Assembly: GCA_965285935.1 (NCBI GenBank)
Contig: OZ260664.1
Coordinates: 70,184,001-70,248,000, forward strand
DNA length: 64,000 nucleotides
Direction of reading: 5' to 3'
Origin: Ophelia neglecta
Taxonomy: Eukaryota
In this document: positions 40,431 to 54,457 of the stretch, piece by piece
How the letters are laid out: every line of letters begins with the position of its first letter
How positions within the stretch are numbered: the first letter of the stretch is position 1
Notes under the pieces: generated by a model
Seen by the model: only the letters and a program-made list of their open reading frames with translations
The model's database searches: none
What the model was told of the DNA's origin: nothing
Program-made: the position numbers and the translations under genes

Positions 40431-40529
40431 GTATTACTTACTATATGATATACATGTGTTTGCAAATAAAAGGGTCTTAGTGTTCGAGGGGAGCAGAGGG
40501 CATGAAACGAAAATAATTTGAATAATGGA

Positions 40530-41290
40530 TGGCTATTTCGGCATATTCGGCACTATGTCTAATTATGCTTAAATAGTTCAGTGGATAAGGGAATAAATTG
40601 TGCACTTTTTGTTGTTCGTATAATATAAAACAACAACTTAATTACATTAAAATGTTTCGATATCAACTACCGATTACAATGAAAAGAGCTATACCAGTAA
40701 CATCCAATAACAGTATATTAAAGGAAATATAAATGAAAAAATACAACATGTGTGTAAACTTTTTGATGACTTTGTGCATATTTATAACAAATTTAAGGCT
40801 AAGAGTTCCGACACTTATCCATAACAACACAGAATAATTTAAGGTGAGGATGCACTAATGGTTAAATCATCATGTTGTCTTATTCGGCACATTCTATTTG
40901 CCAATATTTCAACATAATCGGAATTCTCGAAGAATTCATAGTCATATTCGGTATTTCTTCTTTGTCAGTACTTGGTTTGTTTTGGCATTACTACAAAGCA
41001 GAGACTACAGCCATTTATGCTTATTATAGGCAATCGTTATGGTAAGGTACGTCCCCAAATTCAATTTTTTTAACGAGTTCAACATAATCGGTACTAAGGC
41101 ATTTATACTCATATTCGGCATTTTTACATTTTTGGTATTTTGGCCATTTATACAAGTTCGGCACTACGGTCAATTTTCATGTTTGGTATTTCTGCTTTTT
41201 GGTGGGCATTATCGCATTATTTAGGTTATTTAAAACTTTCGGGGCCAAATTACTCGATGCTTTTTGTTGGGTGTACCTACATCGGGACCT
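40530..41290. repeat. Region with dispersed TTCGGCAY motifs, probably an old DNA-transposon arm
   Basis: Multiple (TA)TTCGGCA(C/T) copies and a duplicated TTCAACATAATCGG (about 40908 and 41078). Confidence 0.45.
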
Positions 41291-41709
41291 ATGTTATAAC
41301 CAATTGTGTCGACAATTGCTTATGTATCTCGTTATAGCCTACATGCTGTTTAATGGCGATTTATTCTAAAATTATGACGAATATTGGGGACGAATATATG
41401 AAAGTGGGGTTTTGATGGATTTGATGAAGTGTTCTTATTGGCAGATATACAATGATACACATATTCGTTCATATGCGTTCATATGCGATATTATATCAGT
41501 TTGTTGCACCTGGTCCCTAGCCGCAGGATGATAGAATTGGTCTTTTGCAGTCATTGCAGTCATTTACTACAGCCGTGTTAAAACATTGGTAACTATAACA
41601 TTGGACTGAGAAACAGTTGAAGCTTTATAGATTGGACATGTTTTACAATCTGTGGAAGCATTAAGGCAGGCCGGGGCTTGCCGTATACTGCCCTGTGACC
41701 CTGAAGTCA

Positions 41710-41906
41710 AGGTATAAAAGTGATCACCTGACTCACTTGCAGCCAGCCGGTGTAACTCCTGCAGGCTTTCAAGGAGTATATAAAGCGTTTATTGCGTAGT
41801 GTGTAGTCGATCTTATCAAGGCACCAAGACAACAATATAAGGACTAACTGAAGAACTAACTACCAGTACATTGTCGTGTATTATCTTATTTGAATCAAAG
41901 GTGAAC
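41710..41906 (+). promoter_or_regulatory. Candidate TATA promoter or LTR-like segment
   Basis: TATAAAAG (41713), AP-1 site TGACTCA (41729), TATATAAAG (41777) and a weak donor AAG|GTGAAC at 41900/41901. Confidence 0.25.
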
Positions 41907-43009
41907 ACAAGTGTTTCCAGTTACCAATACTTTGGTGGCACTCCATCACTTTCAATGTGAAAATGAATGCACACGGATGTGAGCTATAAAGGTTAACAAT
42001 TGAATCTGATGTAGCATGCACAAACAGTCAAATAGTAGTGATCAAAGGTAAAAAATTCATTGCTTCGCTCGGTTAAGCACGCTTCAATATTCTAGATTTT
42101 AGAACTACACATTAACGCGGTAATACAACTAAGCTGCCAATTTAAGGAACAACCAGAAGAGAGAGGGGAAAGTCGCATAGAGAAAGACAGACAGACAGGT
42201 ACTGACTGAGAAATGGGATGTATTATCAATTAATATGCATCTTTTGGGTTAAGAGCGTAGTTTTTAAGGCTTTATAGAGAGCGGTCCAAATATGGAATTG
42301 TTTGTAAAGAGTTGGCCTTTTATAAGTAGGCAGAATTCATGAAGATCTTTATTGGGAATAATGTTTTAAAATGAGTCCTAAATCTTCAAAGGCATCTCTC
42401 GGCGGTTTAATCCCCTTTATTCGAGTAAGGGTGTAAAAGAAATTCTTCAGTGCAATGCAGTTGTCAATTGATAAAAATTGGCAATGAGAGGAGTTCAAAG
42501 TGCAATAACGAAAAAATGTCCTCGATGTGGGCCACTATATCTTGTAAAAAATTAGGTTACGAAAGAAGTATGGCCTACTCGTAGATTTGTCCATATTACG
42601 GTCACGTTTATCTAAAATAATTCATGATTTTTTTAATGCAAGTACAGCAAACACACATCATAAACTTTTTGTATTTCCACGATACTTAGTAAGTTGTTTT
42701 TTCATTTTTCTTGTTTAACACAATTACAGTTCCCTGCAATGTGTAGGCTGTTCCACGGACATTAATAAGCTATTCGCCATTACGAAGTTTAACTAATGAT
42801 GTCCCTTCATAAGCACATCTCTAACGTTCCTTAACAAAATATATATACACGCAGTATGCTCTGCTCTATGACTTTACGCCATTCTATGAATAATTTGTCT
42901 CTTTGCGAGACTTTCTCTGTGTCTACTTGTCTCACAGATCATTAATTCTCCAGTTGCTAATGCATGTGTTGTAAAGGAATGATACCACTGTACATTTTAA
43001 GTAATAGTC

Positions 43010-43180
43010 AATTCGACCCTCAATAGTGACTTTGATGTATAGAATGTTAGTCAGATACGCCTGTTTCTCCTCCACGTTTTTATGGTTGAGGGTTGAAATT
43101 ACTCGATGTCCTCCCAAGGGCCCTGAAAACCATCGGTAACCTGAACACAAGGACAATTCGAAAGCGACAGTCAGTCTGTC
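43010..43180 (+). mobile_element. CR1/L2 ORF2 C-terminal remnant
   Basis: IRPS...VRYAC and LKLLDVLPRALKTI...RKRQSVC (compare RPxLEYAC...LExxQxRALxxI...RRxxLC). Confidence 0.35.
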
Positions 43181-44693
43181 AAGGTCCATCCCTAGCGGTG
43201 TTCAGAACATTAGTTTCCCATCACCTAGCAATTGTTTTCACTGAGTTTTCGCGCGGGGGGTGTGTTCTGTGTGTTTCCATATGCCTGGATATTCCTTTAA
43301 ATGTATCCCCCGTTTCCTCATTTGTTCATTTTGAATATAATTAGACAACCAGGTGGAGCAGTCTAGCAGAAATTGCATTTTGGCCTTGACATTTTAACGT
43401 CAGTGTTCCAGTGTAGTAAATTTAAATCCAGTGAGAAGAAAATCACATGAAATTCATTGTTTTTCTAACAGCAACGATTGTCAGGTTTATATACCTACAC
43501 TAATTATGACCCTTGGTTCAAATCAGCCAATTTGTTGTCTGATTCATTAATCAACGTTTTATATAGTTTGCATAATCATTAACGATTTTATTGGACATTC
43601 GATATTTCAAATTCTGAGTGGTCACTGAATGGATGTAAATGTAAAATATCATATGATAAATTTAAATATCTGAATAATTTTGACCCCAAGCCAAATTCCA
43701 TTTATAGGCGCTATTACTATAAGGCCGCCCTCCTATGGAGAAATGTTGCCAGTAAAAGACCAATTGCCATATACACGACAAATCTGGTGCATCATGGTGT
43801 TTAACCTTCTTTGTAAGACACAGTAAAAATGCTCCTCCCCCCCCCCCCCCCCCAACACCACCCTCTCTAGAACACCGCCGCATGCCCTGCTGTATATTCT
43901 GAGGAGAAGATAAATCCGAAATATATGACATTTCAGTCACTGTGACCGACTAATGTGATCCATATACTGCTTCTACAGCTAACAAACAAGGTAACTTTCA
44001 TAATAATGTCCGGAAAAAACTGGTTTGCCTTGAGACTTGTCTGTTTGAAAGTGGTTAAAAAAATGTTAAAAAAAATTAACCCACAAACATATGACACACA
44101 ACAATCTTCATGCTATTTCCAATAAAATCAAGTTCGAAGATTGATTTGTTCAGCACACTCATTTAATTAGGTCTGGTAGCAGCGCACAGGCTTGAAGTCT
44201 TACAAACAGCGGCATAGAAAGGTACTTAAATCGTATATTTAAAGATTGCCCTACATTCAACCGTAGTGAAAAACCTATTTACCTTTTCTCCGGAGTCACT
44301 CTTTCTTTTCGTTCGCAAAGCAACAACTTATGCTACATTTATTTGCAGAAATTGATTTCTTGACAGTTTTAACTGAAGAAGTCTTTCTTTAACAAATAAC
44401 CAATGCAAAAACACCCATGAATTCATTAAAACAAAAATGCGGGATGTTACTTTAGGATTTCGTTGGTTACTTGCAACCAACAGCATTACATATCCTGGGC
44501 AGTCTGGATCTGCCTAGAATATACTGGCAACCAAATATGCGTAAATGCCCATTTAAACACCGGACCATAGCAGTGACTATAATTGCACTAACAAAGATCT
44601 GTCAGCAATGCTTAGGAGCGCTCTACATTTTGTTAAAAATAATTGAGAATGGTATTGCACGGTAGCTCGTCGTAATGCGCATACATAAATCTT

Positions 44694-44721
44694 GTCCTCA
44701 CTCTTTTTCAAGAGTGAGGAC
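44694..44721. other. Perfect 12-bp hairpin, possibly a Helitron/Helentron-type end
   Basis: GTCCTCACTCTT-tttc-AAGAGTGAGGAC followed by CTGTTATTAT. Confidence 0.6.
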
Positions 44722-44769
44722 CTGTTATTATGTTTATTACCTCATGTGACAATTTTTGAATCACCTACA

Positions 44770-45347
44770 TTATAGCTCAATGTGTTGACCATATTTGAAA
44801 GTACTTGCAATCACCTAAAACAGTGAAATAAACGTTTTCTTCTTGGCAAGACATAATGGATACCCATTGTCATGGTAACATCTTACCCAAACCCATCGTG
44901 TAATACACCATACGAAAGCCCATGACCTTGGCTACATTTTTTACACTCATTAACGTTTTAATATTGTTCCTTGATTTTTATATATTCAGCGAAATGTTGA
45001 AAAAATGCCCTAATTGGACCTTGTTTCAGGTACAATCGTGATGGTTGCCATAGTAACAAACCCTTCTATCACCAATATATCTTGCCAATGCCAAACAGAC
45101 TTCATACAGATTCACCACAGCCCATTTACTCTTCCATATCCACATTGTGTTCTTCCGTATTATCCAATTACCCAACGAGTGTCATTTCTGAAGTTTGAGT
45201 CCTGTTTCCATGGCAACCACGGGTTCCCCTACGGGAGTTGAATCTAATCTAATTGATATATGGCAGAAGACACCTTTCCAAACAGATTGGTGAAAAAATT
45301 TCTTGGTAAGGAATTTGTTCCCAGATTTTCACTAGGCCCCCTGACTA
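44770..45347 (-). mobile_element. Academ-like DNA transposon terminal arm (single end)
   Basis: The end reads TAGTCAGGGGGCCTAGTGAAAA on the minus strand from 45347, a TAG-initiated terminus of the kind seen in Academ elements. Internal CATGGYAAC motifs are repeated. No opposite end was found, and the left boundary is approximate. Confidence 0.5.
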
Positions 45348-45989
45348 TATAGCAACTTGAGGATCAAGTATTTTCTCAATATCGGTGCTTTGCTATGTTT
45401 TCTACCCAGTATACTATCCTGTCTCAAGCCCAATTTAAGTTGCGGCAGAAAGAAGTCATAAAAAAACATTTTTTACTGGTTAATAAATTCAAGCATACAT
45501 AGAAAAGCTTTTTTTTTTACTCATAATTGTCGATGTAACTACTTCTACACCCATATGTCGAGGTACTTTACTTCCACATCTAGGTGGGTAGTGTCGTGTT
45601 GAACTAAATTATATTTGTTTTTCAATCGGGACGAGTCGCTGATTCCTGATTAATTCATACCCATTAAATGTACTCATTGATTTTTGCTATCATAGTTTGT
45701 TTTTATATAGAATTTATTAAGCAATGCAGCTCGTTATCTAGGTTGGTTGGAAGCAAATCGAAAATTAATCACAGTTAGGCTATCGTGCCATTAGAATACT
45801 GGCGAACGATAAACTTGTTAAAATCAGTGAACATAGGAATCAATCAAGAATGTCCCACTGCTTAATTATAATGCTAGCGCCAACCAATGGTCACCTGTGT
45901 AAAGCAGCATGAACCCTGGTCTTCCTGGGCTGGTTCTCTGATCAGCTAATTCGGCTTGAGGCCAGGATATACCATGAAGTTTGAACCTT

Positions 45990-46170
45990 ATATATTGGGC
46001 ATTTGCGACAGCCAGCTTGAGAAGGGGAAAATGAGTTTAGTTCTTAGTTTTTCTGCGGAAACTCGAGTCCGTTGGTATGGCCACACAGCACACATGAATC
46101 TAGATTCAAATCCAAACACGGTTTATTATTCGTCATTCGCACAATATTCCAGCGGTTTTACCCGAAACAA
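45990..46170 (+). mobile_element. RTE-clade LINE ORF2 C-terminal remnant
   Basis: ILGI...RVRWYGHTAHMNLDSNPNTVYY matches the RTE pattern RLRWxGHxxRMxxxxxPxxxxY. Confidence 0.55.
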
Positions 46171-48569
46171 TTCACTCTTGAATTTAAGGGTTCTGGCTTG
46201 GATGAGGTATTTTCCGTTCATCGACGCGCTTGGTTGCATAATTGCATTTTTAATGGTAATCCTTACTGCAAAAAATAAACCCCAAAATGATTCAACAGAT
46301 AAGATAAGATAATGCGAGAATTACATTTTATGTGAGATCACACCTGATGGGACAATAGCTGATTAGGACAGCCAACGGACTTACACGATGGTGAGATATA
46401 AGAAAAAACCCTATCAATGAGTGTGTTAATAGCGAAGTAGTTTTTTTTCTGCCGGGATTTAGGCTATTAAAGTTCGAATATTGTGTGATCCTTGTACCAA
46501 TCGCAAAATTTATTCTTGAAAATGGCAAAAACCTGTTCATTCTTCACCAAAGTGTGTCAATTCAAGTCTGAAAGAATTGCGAATTTTGAAGTGCCGCGGG
46601 CGCATGAATGCGTTTTTCAGCATGCATCCCTTGGGCTGTGAAGACTCCGCTTCTGACATCTTATAGTGACTACCGTCTTCCACATACACATGGAGACTGG
46701 TATCTTGTGGGTGTAAGATGACTGACATCTGAACTGATAATATTTGAGAAATACTTGTGACATTCTAAGATGCCTTTATTACAGAGATATTGTCTCCATC
46801 TTAGAGCAAAAGGGCCACGGGGGGAGAACCTACTCAAATAAACTTCTTTGCCATGATCTCACTTTTATTCTGACAATCGGGTAAATGCGTTTGGTGTGTT
46901 AAACACTTCCTAAAGGGGGCATGTTTTGACGGGCCTGTCCGGTGAGATCTCAAACAAATAGGCCTATGTAGATATAGCATTTTCTCATCGATTTAATATT
47001 TGCGGTGAGGATTACTAGTAGAAGTGCCGGCATGCAACCATGTGCGATAGGGAAATTATTTATCCCACAAGAAACAACGTGGAATGGGGACCGCCGCAGT
47101 TTCAGCGCTATTCAGCACGGCAATAAATAACTAGTAGGTAAATCTGACTGGCCACGATAGCCTATATTGTAACTCACATATTGTGGTACCGTGGCACTAC
47201 TTTGGCGTTAAACATCTACCGTTTGGATGTAGAAAACAAACTTTAACATACCTTGCTTCTATGACGGTATCCCGCTTCAGCCGGTGTTCTGCTCCCACTG
47301 GCACTGTCCTAAACAACTAGTGCGGATGTCACATTGCGCTACGTGAACTATCGTGGCAGTAATCAGGTAGAAAAAAGATGAAAAATTTGATGGTCTTGGT
47401 TTTCTTTTGATAAATGACTCGAGAAGACTCTAGGTGAAGTATACCCATAAAGCCAAAGAAATGAAGAATGTAAAGTTGTTTGAACTCTTTTCCCGCTTTT
47501 TCTCGGAGGACAAATAGTATGTCATATCCTCGATGGAGCAATGTCGATGTTGTTAACTTCGTTGAACACACTCACTAATTAACCGTCACCTCCCTCCACC
47601 CTCATCCGAATTATAGAAAAACAATACCAGAAGAAGTTTATTCTCTGGCTCATTGTATCATTGTTGTAAAGGCGAGTTATCACGCTGGCATATTGGTTGA
47701 TTAAAGGCCCTTCTCAATGCAAGACTATAGGCATTCTGCTAACATAAAATGATCCTAAAGTCTATTGGGACCCCATGATCGTATTTTTCCTATCCCATCG
47801 GAGTTAACTTCATTAGGATTCAGTCCTAGCCAATTGTCATAGAGGAACTTTTCTAATGGCTCTGTGTGTATTTCTTTATGCCAAATTGGCTTAATTATAA
47901 TGCGACTAGGTTCGCTTTGACAAAATAAGAATGAAGGTAGTTAGATATGTATGTTGCATGTATCGCATAATGACTGAAGAATTTTCATCTTTATCTATTG
48001 CAGAAAATTAAAAGAACTGCGCGGCAGGTTAGGGTTTCTGTACCCTATGTGTACCGTATGAATATCCCACACGAGAAACTGAAAAGGTGTGTGTAATATA
48101 TATAATACTGCGCCAATGAAGCCATGTTAATTTGTACCGTTGGCTCGCTTTTCCTCACTGATACTGTCATTTACCTTCCACACCGTGGTTTATGTTACAC
48201 GTCTGTTTATCCTATTGGTCTGCATTGTAACCGACATTTCGGGTGGATGCTAGGCTGGAATTAAACACACACACACATATTACAAAGGCAGACAATCAGT
48301 AGAACATAACTAGCAAGGAAGTATTTCATAACTAACATCAATAATAACACTTGAGAATAAATGCCAACTGGTTAAGCAGTCAAAAATCAATACGCCGAAC
48401 TTGAGGAGAGGAATTTATAGTCTGGGAAATTATTATATGATCATGTACCGATATCTTGGCAGTATAATAATTAAAGAGGTGAATGCCAGTAACTTTACTC
48501 CAAGTCGAAATATCATTTGGTTAGCGGAACAAAAACATGCTTTAAGCCTTTCATTTAGATAATAGCAAA

Positions 48570-48940
48570 CATCGTTTGTTGAAAATTACTGCAGATTGAC
48601 ATGACAAGAAGGGGGTGCTAGGGGCTCTCTCCTTTGTATTCCTTTGGTAATTCGGAATGAATTAAGACACCAAATATTTTGCGTAGCATATTCAGGTCCA
48701 ACTCTATACGCATTTGAACATTTCTACTAGGAGATGTGTAAAACAGCTGAACAGATAACAAGTTCAGCCAACTTAAAAAGCAGAACTGCCTTGTACCAGC
48801 AACAGTATGTTATCTTATACTAAAAGCATTTCAAAATTGCCTGTGGCGTAAAATTTGACAGTTCTGATTCATCAGGAGAAAGCTCTACTGATGTAAAAGG
48901 CAAGCAATTAGGTGACTCTGGTAAAACATGGTCGTTAATG
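48570..48940 (-). mobile_element. CR1/L2 ORF2 remnant
   Basis: FTPQAILKCF...LLFKLAELVICSAVLHIS (compare LLKxAxxxIxxxLxxIFN). Weak match. Confidence 0.3.
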
Positions 48941-49289
48941 CTAGTACCTTGACACATCAATTGTCGATTTAAAGTGTGGGGAAAGGTGCTTTTCAGAAAG
49001 CGGTGACGTGCTGCTTTATGAATTGACCTTAATGGGTTGTAAGAACGTCGCTTTAAAAACATCTTGCTAGTCTAGTTGGGAAAGATGCTTCTCACATGGC
49101 GTATGAAACTGTCAATCCTTTGGTCTTGTACTTCGAATGTCCCTAGAGACGCAGACAAACGTTAAACAAAAAAATGCAGACATTCATGAAATGGTTTTTA
49201 TAACCAAAATATTGAAACAAATGCGGCATTATGAATTATTTAAACAAACAGGCTTTACCAGATACAAAATATGGTTCCACACTTGCATA

Positions 49290-49550
49290 TTCATAATTGA
49301 TGGATCTCTTCACAAGGTCAAACATTATTGCGTTGTTCTCGCTTGTGTATCAGCTACCAGAGGACATTACCAAAGGAAGGAGCATTGCCAACGCGTCAGG
49401 AATTTCTTTTTTCCCTCAATCCAATTCAGATGACAGCTGCCACTGGCATACACCTGCAAGGCTTATCCTCGCTTATAAGGTTTCATCTTCACTTACCTAG
49501 GATCTCCAGGACACTAATTACAACTGACGAAATCGGACAGAATCTGTGTT
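49290..49550 (+). mobile_element. RTE LINE thumb-region remnant
   Basis: IDGSLHKVKHYCVVLACVS, RSIANASG, FSLNPI and SRTLITT..IGQNL (compare LExVxxFxYLGSxIS...RIxKAxxxFxxLxxIW...ETWxxT). Confidence 0.45.
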
Positions 49551-50569
49551 AATATGGGATGCAATTTACACATCATGTAAATTGAAGGTGACTACTACGT
49601 GTGCAAGTAGTGAACTGTTTTTTATATGTTTTATATCAGTTTCAAATAAGAAACATGATAATTGTCGCTGCAACTCATGTATCACTATTTAACAGTGAGT
49701 CATCAGTGATAAGTAATTGACAAGTAGGCTTGTACACTGTTGTGGGGGAGACTAGTGAACAGCTATGTACCCAAAGGGGTGAATCACATATCTTTCTGAA
49801 GACGCATCTTTTCTAATTCACTTTCTTTTTCACTGACAAAGCACTTTGTGGCCTTGTTGCAGTAGTTGTCGCCGTGTGCATGACAATCGTCTTAAAAATC
49901 CTCGTCTCGTTCACCGCTATCCATAATGAGATGCCACTTTGATTCAGGTAAGCACCATGCAGTGGTATTCTTTGTAGCTTCACAGAGAATATCTGTATCA
50001 TCTTTGTTTTTCTATATTCTTATATGACTCTCCACCCCAGTCTCTCTCAAGTCAAATGCCCATCTAGTCCTGAGTAGCCCAGTGGCACGTTAATGGTGTT
50101 CTACTCATGACGTGAAGTACTGTGCTGTGAATGCTAAGACCTGACGTTTCACCAATGGCTTCGACTTGTTGGATTTGTCAACCCTTTATAAAATGTACTA
50201 TGACTTTGCTACCCAATGTCTATTCCCATTTGTTATAAAATGTGCTAGTTCTTTTTTTAAAGAATGGAAGAATCAGATTCGAATCTTAGTTCACATCAAC
50301 TGAGTCAGTTGCCAACGTGAGACAAAGATGAACTTTGCTTAGGGAGAGTCTATGATTGACAAATCTCTGGTATGAAAGTGGGACAATAGATGTATTTGTG
50401 TCATTAAAGGAAAATATGCTTTGGTCATTGGCTAATAAGAATCCAGTTCCACAAGGAATAGCTTGGGTTAGATATGTTTTATCAAGTCGCAGTAAACAAT
50501 GTCTGCACTTTGATTATACCACTGGTTAGCTTTGCCTAAAATTTTCCACGTATATCAAATCACCGTACG

Positions 50570-50760
50570 CTTCCAACCTAAACATAAAAGTCGCGAACAA
50601 TGCATGGTTTTGGAAGCAATAATATGGCCCGGACACCAAGCGTATGAATAAACAGTCATTTGCTTGTTGAGTCCCCTAAGCCAGGTGCTAGTCATGTGAT
50701 TTAGGTTTTCGGAAATCGTGGACGCAGCTAAATAGCGGCTAATAAACATGATTACAGCCA
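50570..50760 (-). mobile_element. RNase H-like remnant (I-group LINE type)
   Basis: IMFISRYLAASTI...VYSYAWCPGH resembles the RNase H pattern IFxDSxSAxxxI...WxPGH. Confidence 0.35.
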
Positions 50761-52779
50761 TATTCGAATTATGGTCTCACATTATAAAATTGCGCACAAT
50801 ACTGTCCAAATCATTAACCCAAATGAGTACCGGTCCTGCAGCAAGAACAAAATCATTCAACATCCCATAATAGGCCTAACTTAATCATGTGTCATCAATT
50901 GCATTCTAATATCAATAAATGATGAGTGTTAATAAAATCGCTAACTCTGTCGTGTATACACTATATTTGATACCTCACACCCATTCTCCGCTCTGCTCTT
51001 TTTCTTCTAGAAAATGTGCTCGTTGACAACTATGGTACTGGTTCTACCTAATAGAAAGTCCGTTGTTTTCCCCATGTTAACGTTATACGTGTTACAGTAA
51101 AATTGGATGTAAATATAATAATAGGACTAAGCATTTGAATCAACGAATTCAGTCGGACACATTTGCCTTTTTAAACATTGCGAATTTCGAGTGTTGATAC
51201 TGTCGAATACCTGCTGTCTTTCGCACCAAAGAGAAAAAAAACTATTCTCTAAAATGGCAGTCTAACTTGATGCTAATTTGCCCATAAAAATTATAAGCGC
51301 ATATCGGAAATAAGGGAGGATAAAGACCAAACCTATGGGTAGCTGGATGCACCGTATCTGTAGTGATATGGTAGCTATAAGCATAAAAGCAATGTAGCTA
51401 TAAATTTCATAGTTCATTTTCCATGTTCATCCTCTGCTGGTCTGCAAATACTATAAATGATATGTCAACCTAAGCAGATATAAAATGGTAAGGTGTATAC
51501 AAAAATAGTATAAAAAAAAATTGATACTACTGTGGAAGACAATTAACATTTCATTAATCTAATAGAACTTTAGAACACGGATGAAGCACACATGATAGCT
51601 ACTGAAAATGTAAATATATTTTCCTTAATTAAATACCCCACAACGATGATCAGTCAGTGCAGCAGGTTGACCCGGAATATCATTTGTGTACAATGTTGAG
51701 CAGAGATAAAAACGGTCTCCTCAGACAACATGGTTCATTTAACTATATTCCTTCATTAGGAGTGTATTCGTGATGCATACTATCTATAAGATATTAGTTA
51801 TTTCCTGACACATATTCTCTCTTTAGCCTAATTTATTCACTATCATATATGTTGATTGGCAGTTTTTTTTTATTGAAGGGCTTGGTCAGTTATTTGGTTG
51901 AGCATCGCACAAACCCGTTAGGCTAAACCGGTCTGATAAATACACAGATTCAATGGGCATTATGTCCGAAATGCGTCAATATATTTCTAAGAAAATAGTG
52001 ATGCTTAATAGGACATTTCGTACATTGCTGCCAAAGTAACCTACTTTCTGCCAACTCTGTCGTAGATATACACAATATTTAACCGTCCATACTCTGAAGT
52101 ATTTTTTTTAGCGAATTAATTTAAATGATAATATGAAGAATTCTGATCGTTGATTCCGAAGGTGTGTATGTGTAAAAGCTATTTCGGATTAAGGGGGAGA
52201 AGAATGGACAGAGCTATTTTCACAAGAAGCCTATATATTTAAAATTTTCAAATTTGAGTATGTGTCAGAATAGCCCATTTTAACAATTACTGCGTGTTAC
52301 TTGTGCTAGTGGGATAGTATATACACAGCAGACAAGGCAAAATCATTAATAAGAGTTACTTTCCAATTGCCTCAAAGGGTCTTTTTTCGTCAGTAAATTA
52401 GATTCCGATTTCCGAGGATAAGTTGTAAGCTAATCCCAAACACGAAATTGGAATTCAAATAGTGTTAACGGTAATTATTGTCGAATCGAATTTACCTAAT
52501 TGAAGTTACCATTGTGAAAAAAGGCAAGTTCCATGCTTATCACGTGCACTGTAATACCTTTCTACGGTTGCCTGTGCATTTGACGATATTATTTTAGCCT
52601 TTATACTCGACAGTTAATTGTCAAAGTAATTCACAATGCAGATAAGACGGTCTTTTATCCTTTTATGAATGCACGGGTCTTTTGCTGCAGCACGTCTACG
52701 TGTGGCGAATATCTTTTCGGTCCACTTCTGCTTTAAGACATTTTCAATACCCTTTTAAAAGCAGACGTTCAGCATATGC

Positions 52780-53070
52780 CAATTGCTTTAATTCCGCACT
52801 CTCCCTACTTTGACTGCCAAGAAAAACGGAACAGAAGCCCCTGTAATGACAAAAGTGTTCTGTGCATTGGTGTACAATTCTTTAAAGGATAGGCTGTCTG
52901 ATGCAGCATAATCATTTTTTCTCTTTTCGAATGACCTTATATGAGCAAATTCTATTGCGTCACGAAAAAAAAACATAAAGCAAAATGAAACACTTGGTTT
53001 ACAGCATATGATATTTTGGTTCTTTTCAATTAAGGTCTGGTGTTTGCTTGGAATCAACAGCATCAAAAGC
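52780..53070 (-). mobile_element. Non-LTR RT remnant (motifs 3-4)
   Basis: LIEK...KPSVSFCFMFFFRDAIEFAHIR...KELYTNAQNTFVITGASVPFF (compare LIEK...CFxDFxKAFD...LY...G..S..F....GVxQG). Confidence 0.55.
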
Positions 53071-54457
53071 AAAAAGTTGCACAAACAACGGCATATAGTA
53101 ATTGTACAGGAATTGTACATTTCAGCGAGCAGCATTGTATGAAATTAATAACGACTCAACTACTCGGTATATGAATTGACTGTTTATCTGCACCTCACAG
53201 AAGCATGAATAAGACACATCCAGAAAACTTCATGATGCATTATCTGTACTTTTCATGCTAACTTCTCACGAAGTCAAATCAATATTTTTTCTCGGTGCAT
53301 TTAACGTTCGATATTCAGTTGTATGGTTGAATCATGGATCGAACTCAAAAACACCATCTTTATCAAAATAAATGTGGCACGGGCTGCCTTCATAGACCAA
53401 GCAGTCCACATTTAAGACAATAATTCAAGAAAATTACCAAAACGCGTTCATAATTAGCCACAAATGTTGAGCCGCAATAAATTAACTAAAACCGATATTA
53501 GGTCTAAGATAAAACTAATAAGAAATGGCATAAGGCGCTACTCATTGTATTATAAATACGATTTTATAATAGTTGATATGTTCATAGGCTTGTTCATATT
53601 GCTGCAATGAAGCATTCTGATGCGACTATGAACTTGCTTATTGATTGTAATTCGGACAAGTATATTAAGCTAGAACCCTGCACTTTAACTAACATTCAAA
53701 AAGAAACGGGAGTGAATATCCGGCCTAAGATCCAATATAACCAATCAAGAATAGTACATTAAAGACTGAACAAAAACCCAGCTTTCGACATCAAAGGTTT
53801 GAGTAACTTTATCAAAGAAATCGCGAAGAGAGCGACATCAGCATGGCGAGAGCAAATCAACAATGCCTAATATTAGTATTTGTTATAGTGCCCTAAACAA
53901 CTGCATTCGTTATGTAATTAATCTTACGTCCAAACTTAGATTATATCACATGATTTGTCTTTTAGAAATATAGAATTGCATGCTGAAAGAGGAAACGTTT
54001 ACACTTTCTAGCAATCCATTAGGTTTTTTACACTGATTGGGCGTAGATAAATAAAAATATACGGATGGCTCCAACGAAAATGCCTGTTCGTTGAGTTTTA
54101 CATGCTCATATATCTTAAACACCAGATAAATCGCGTGAGTCTTTTATTCGAATCAATTACGCCATCACTGATGATTTCCCACCCAGCCTTGATAGGTTAC
54201 CAATAAAAAGTATTAGGCATATTACATCGAGCGAGAATCTTTCAGTAACTTTCAGTATGCGGATGGAAGCCTGAATGGCAGAATCTATGTCCATGTCTAT
54301 TTTGGGTTTGCTTCTGGTCGCACTATACTGGTTCCGCAATGGTGAACTGAGGGTAAAGAGGGTAAAAAAAACGGGAATGAAAACCCGGTGGACAAAGATA
54401 AATCATCAATAACAATCAGGAGTGGATTACTGATAGATAATGTCAAATCATATAAAA

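Noticed and set aside
46537-46728. 63-aa minus ORF preceded by CAG as a possible exon
   Set aside because: Weak polypyrimidine tract, no clear donor and no recognisable domain.
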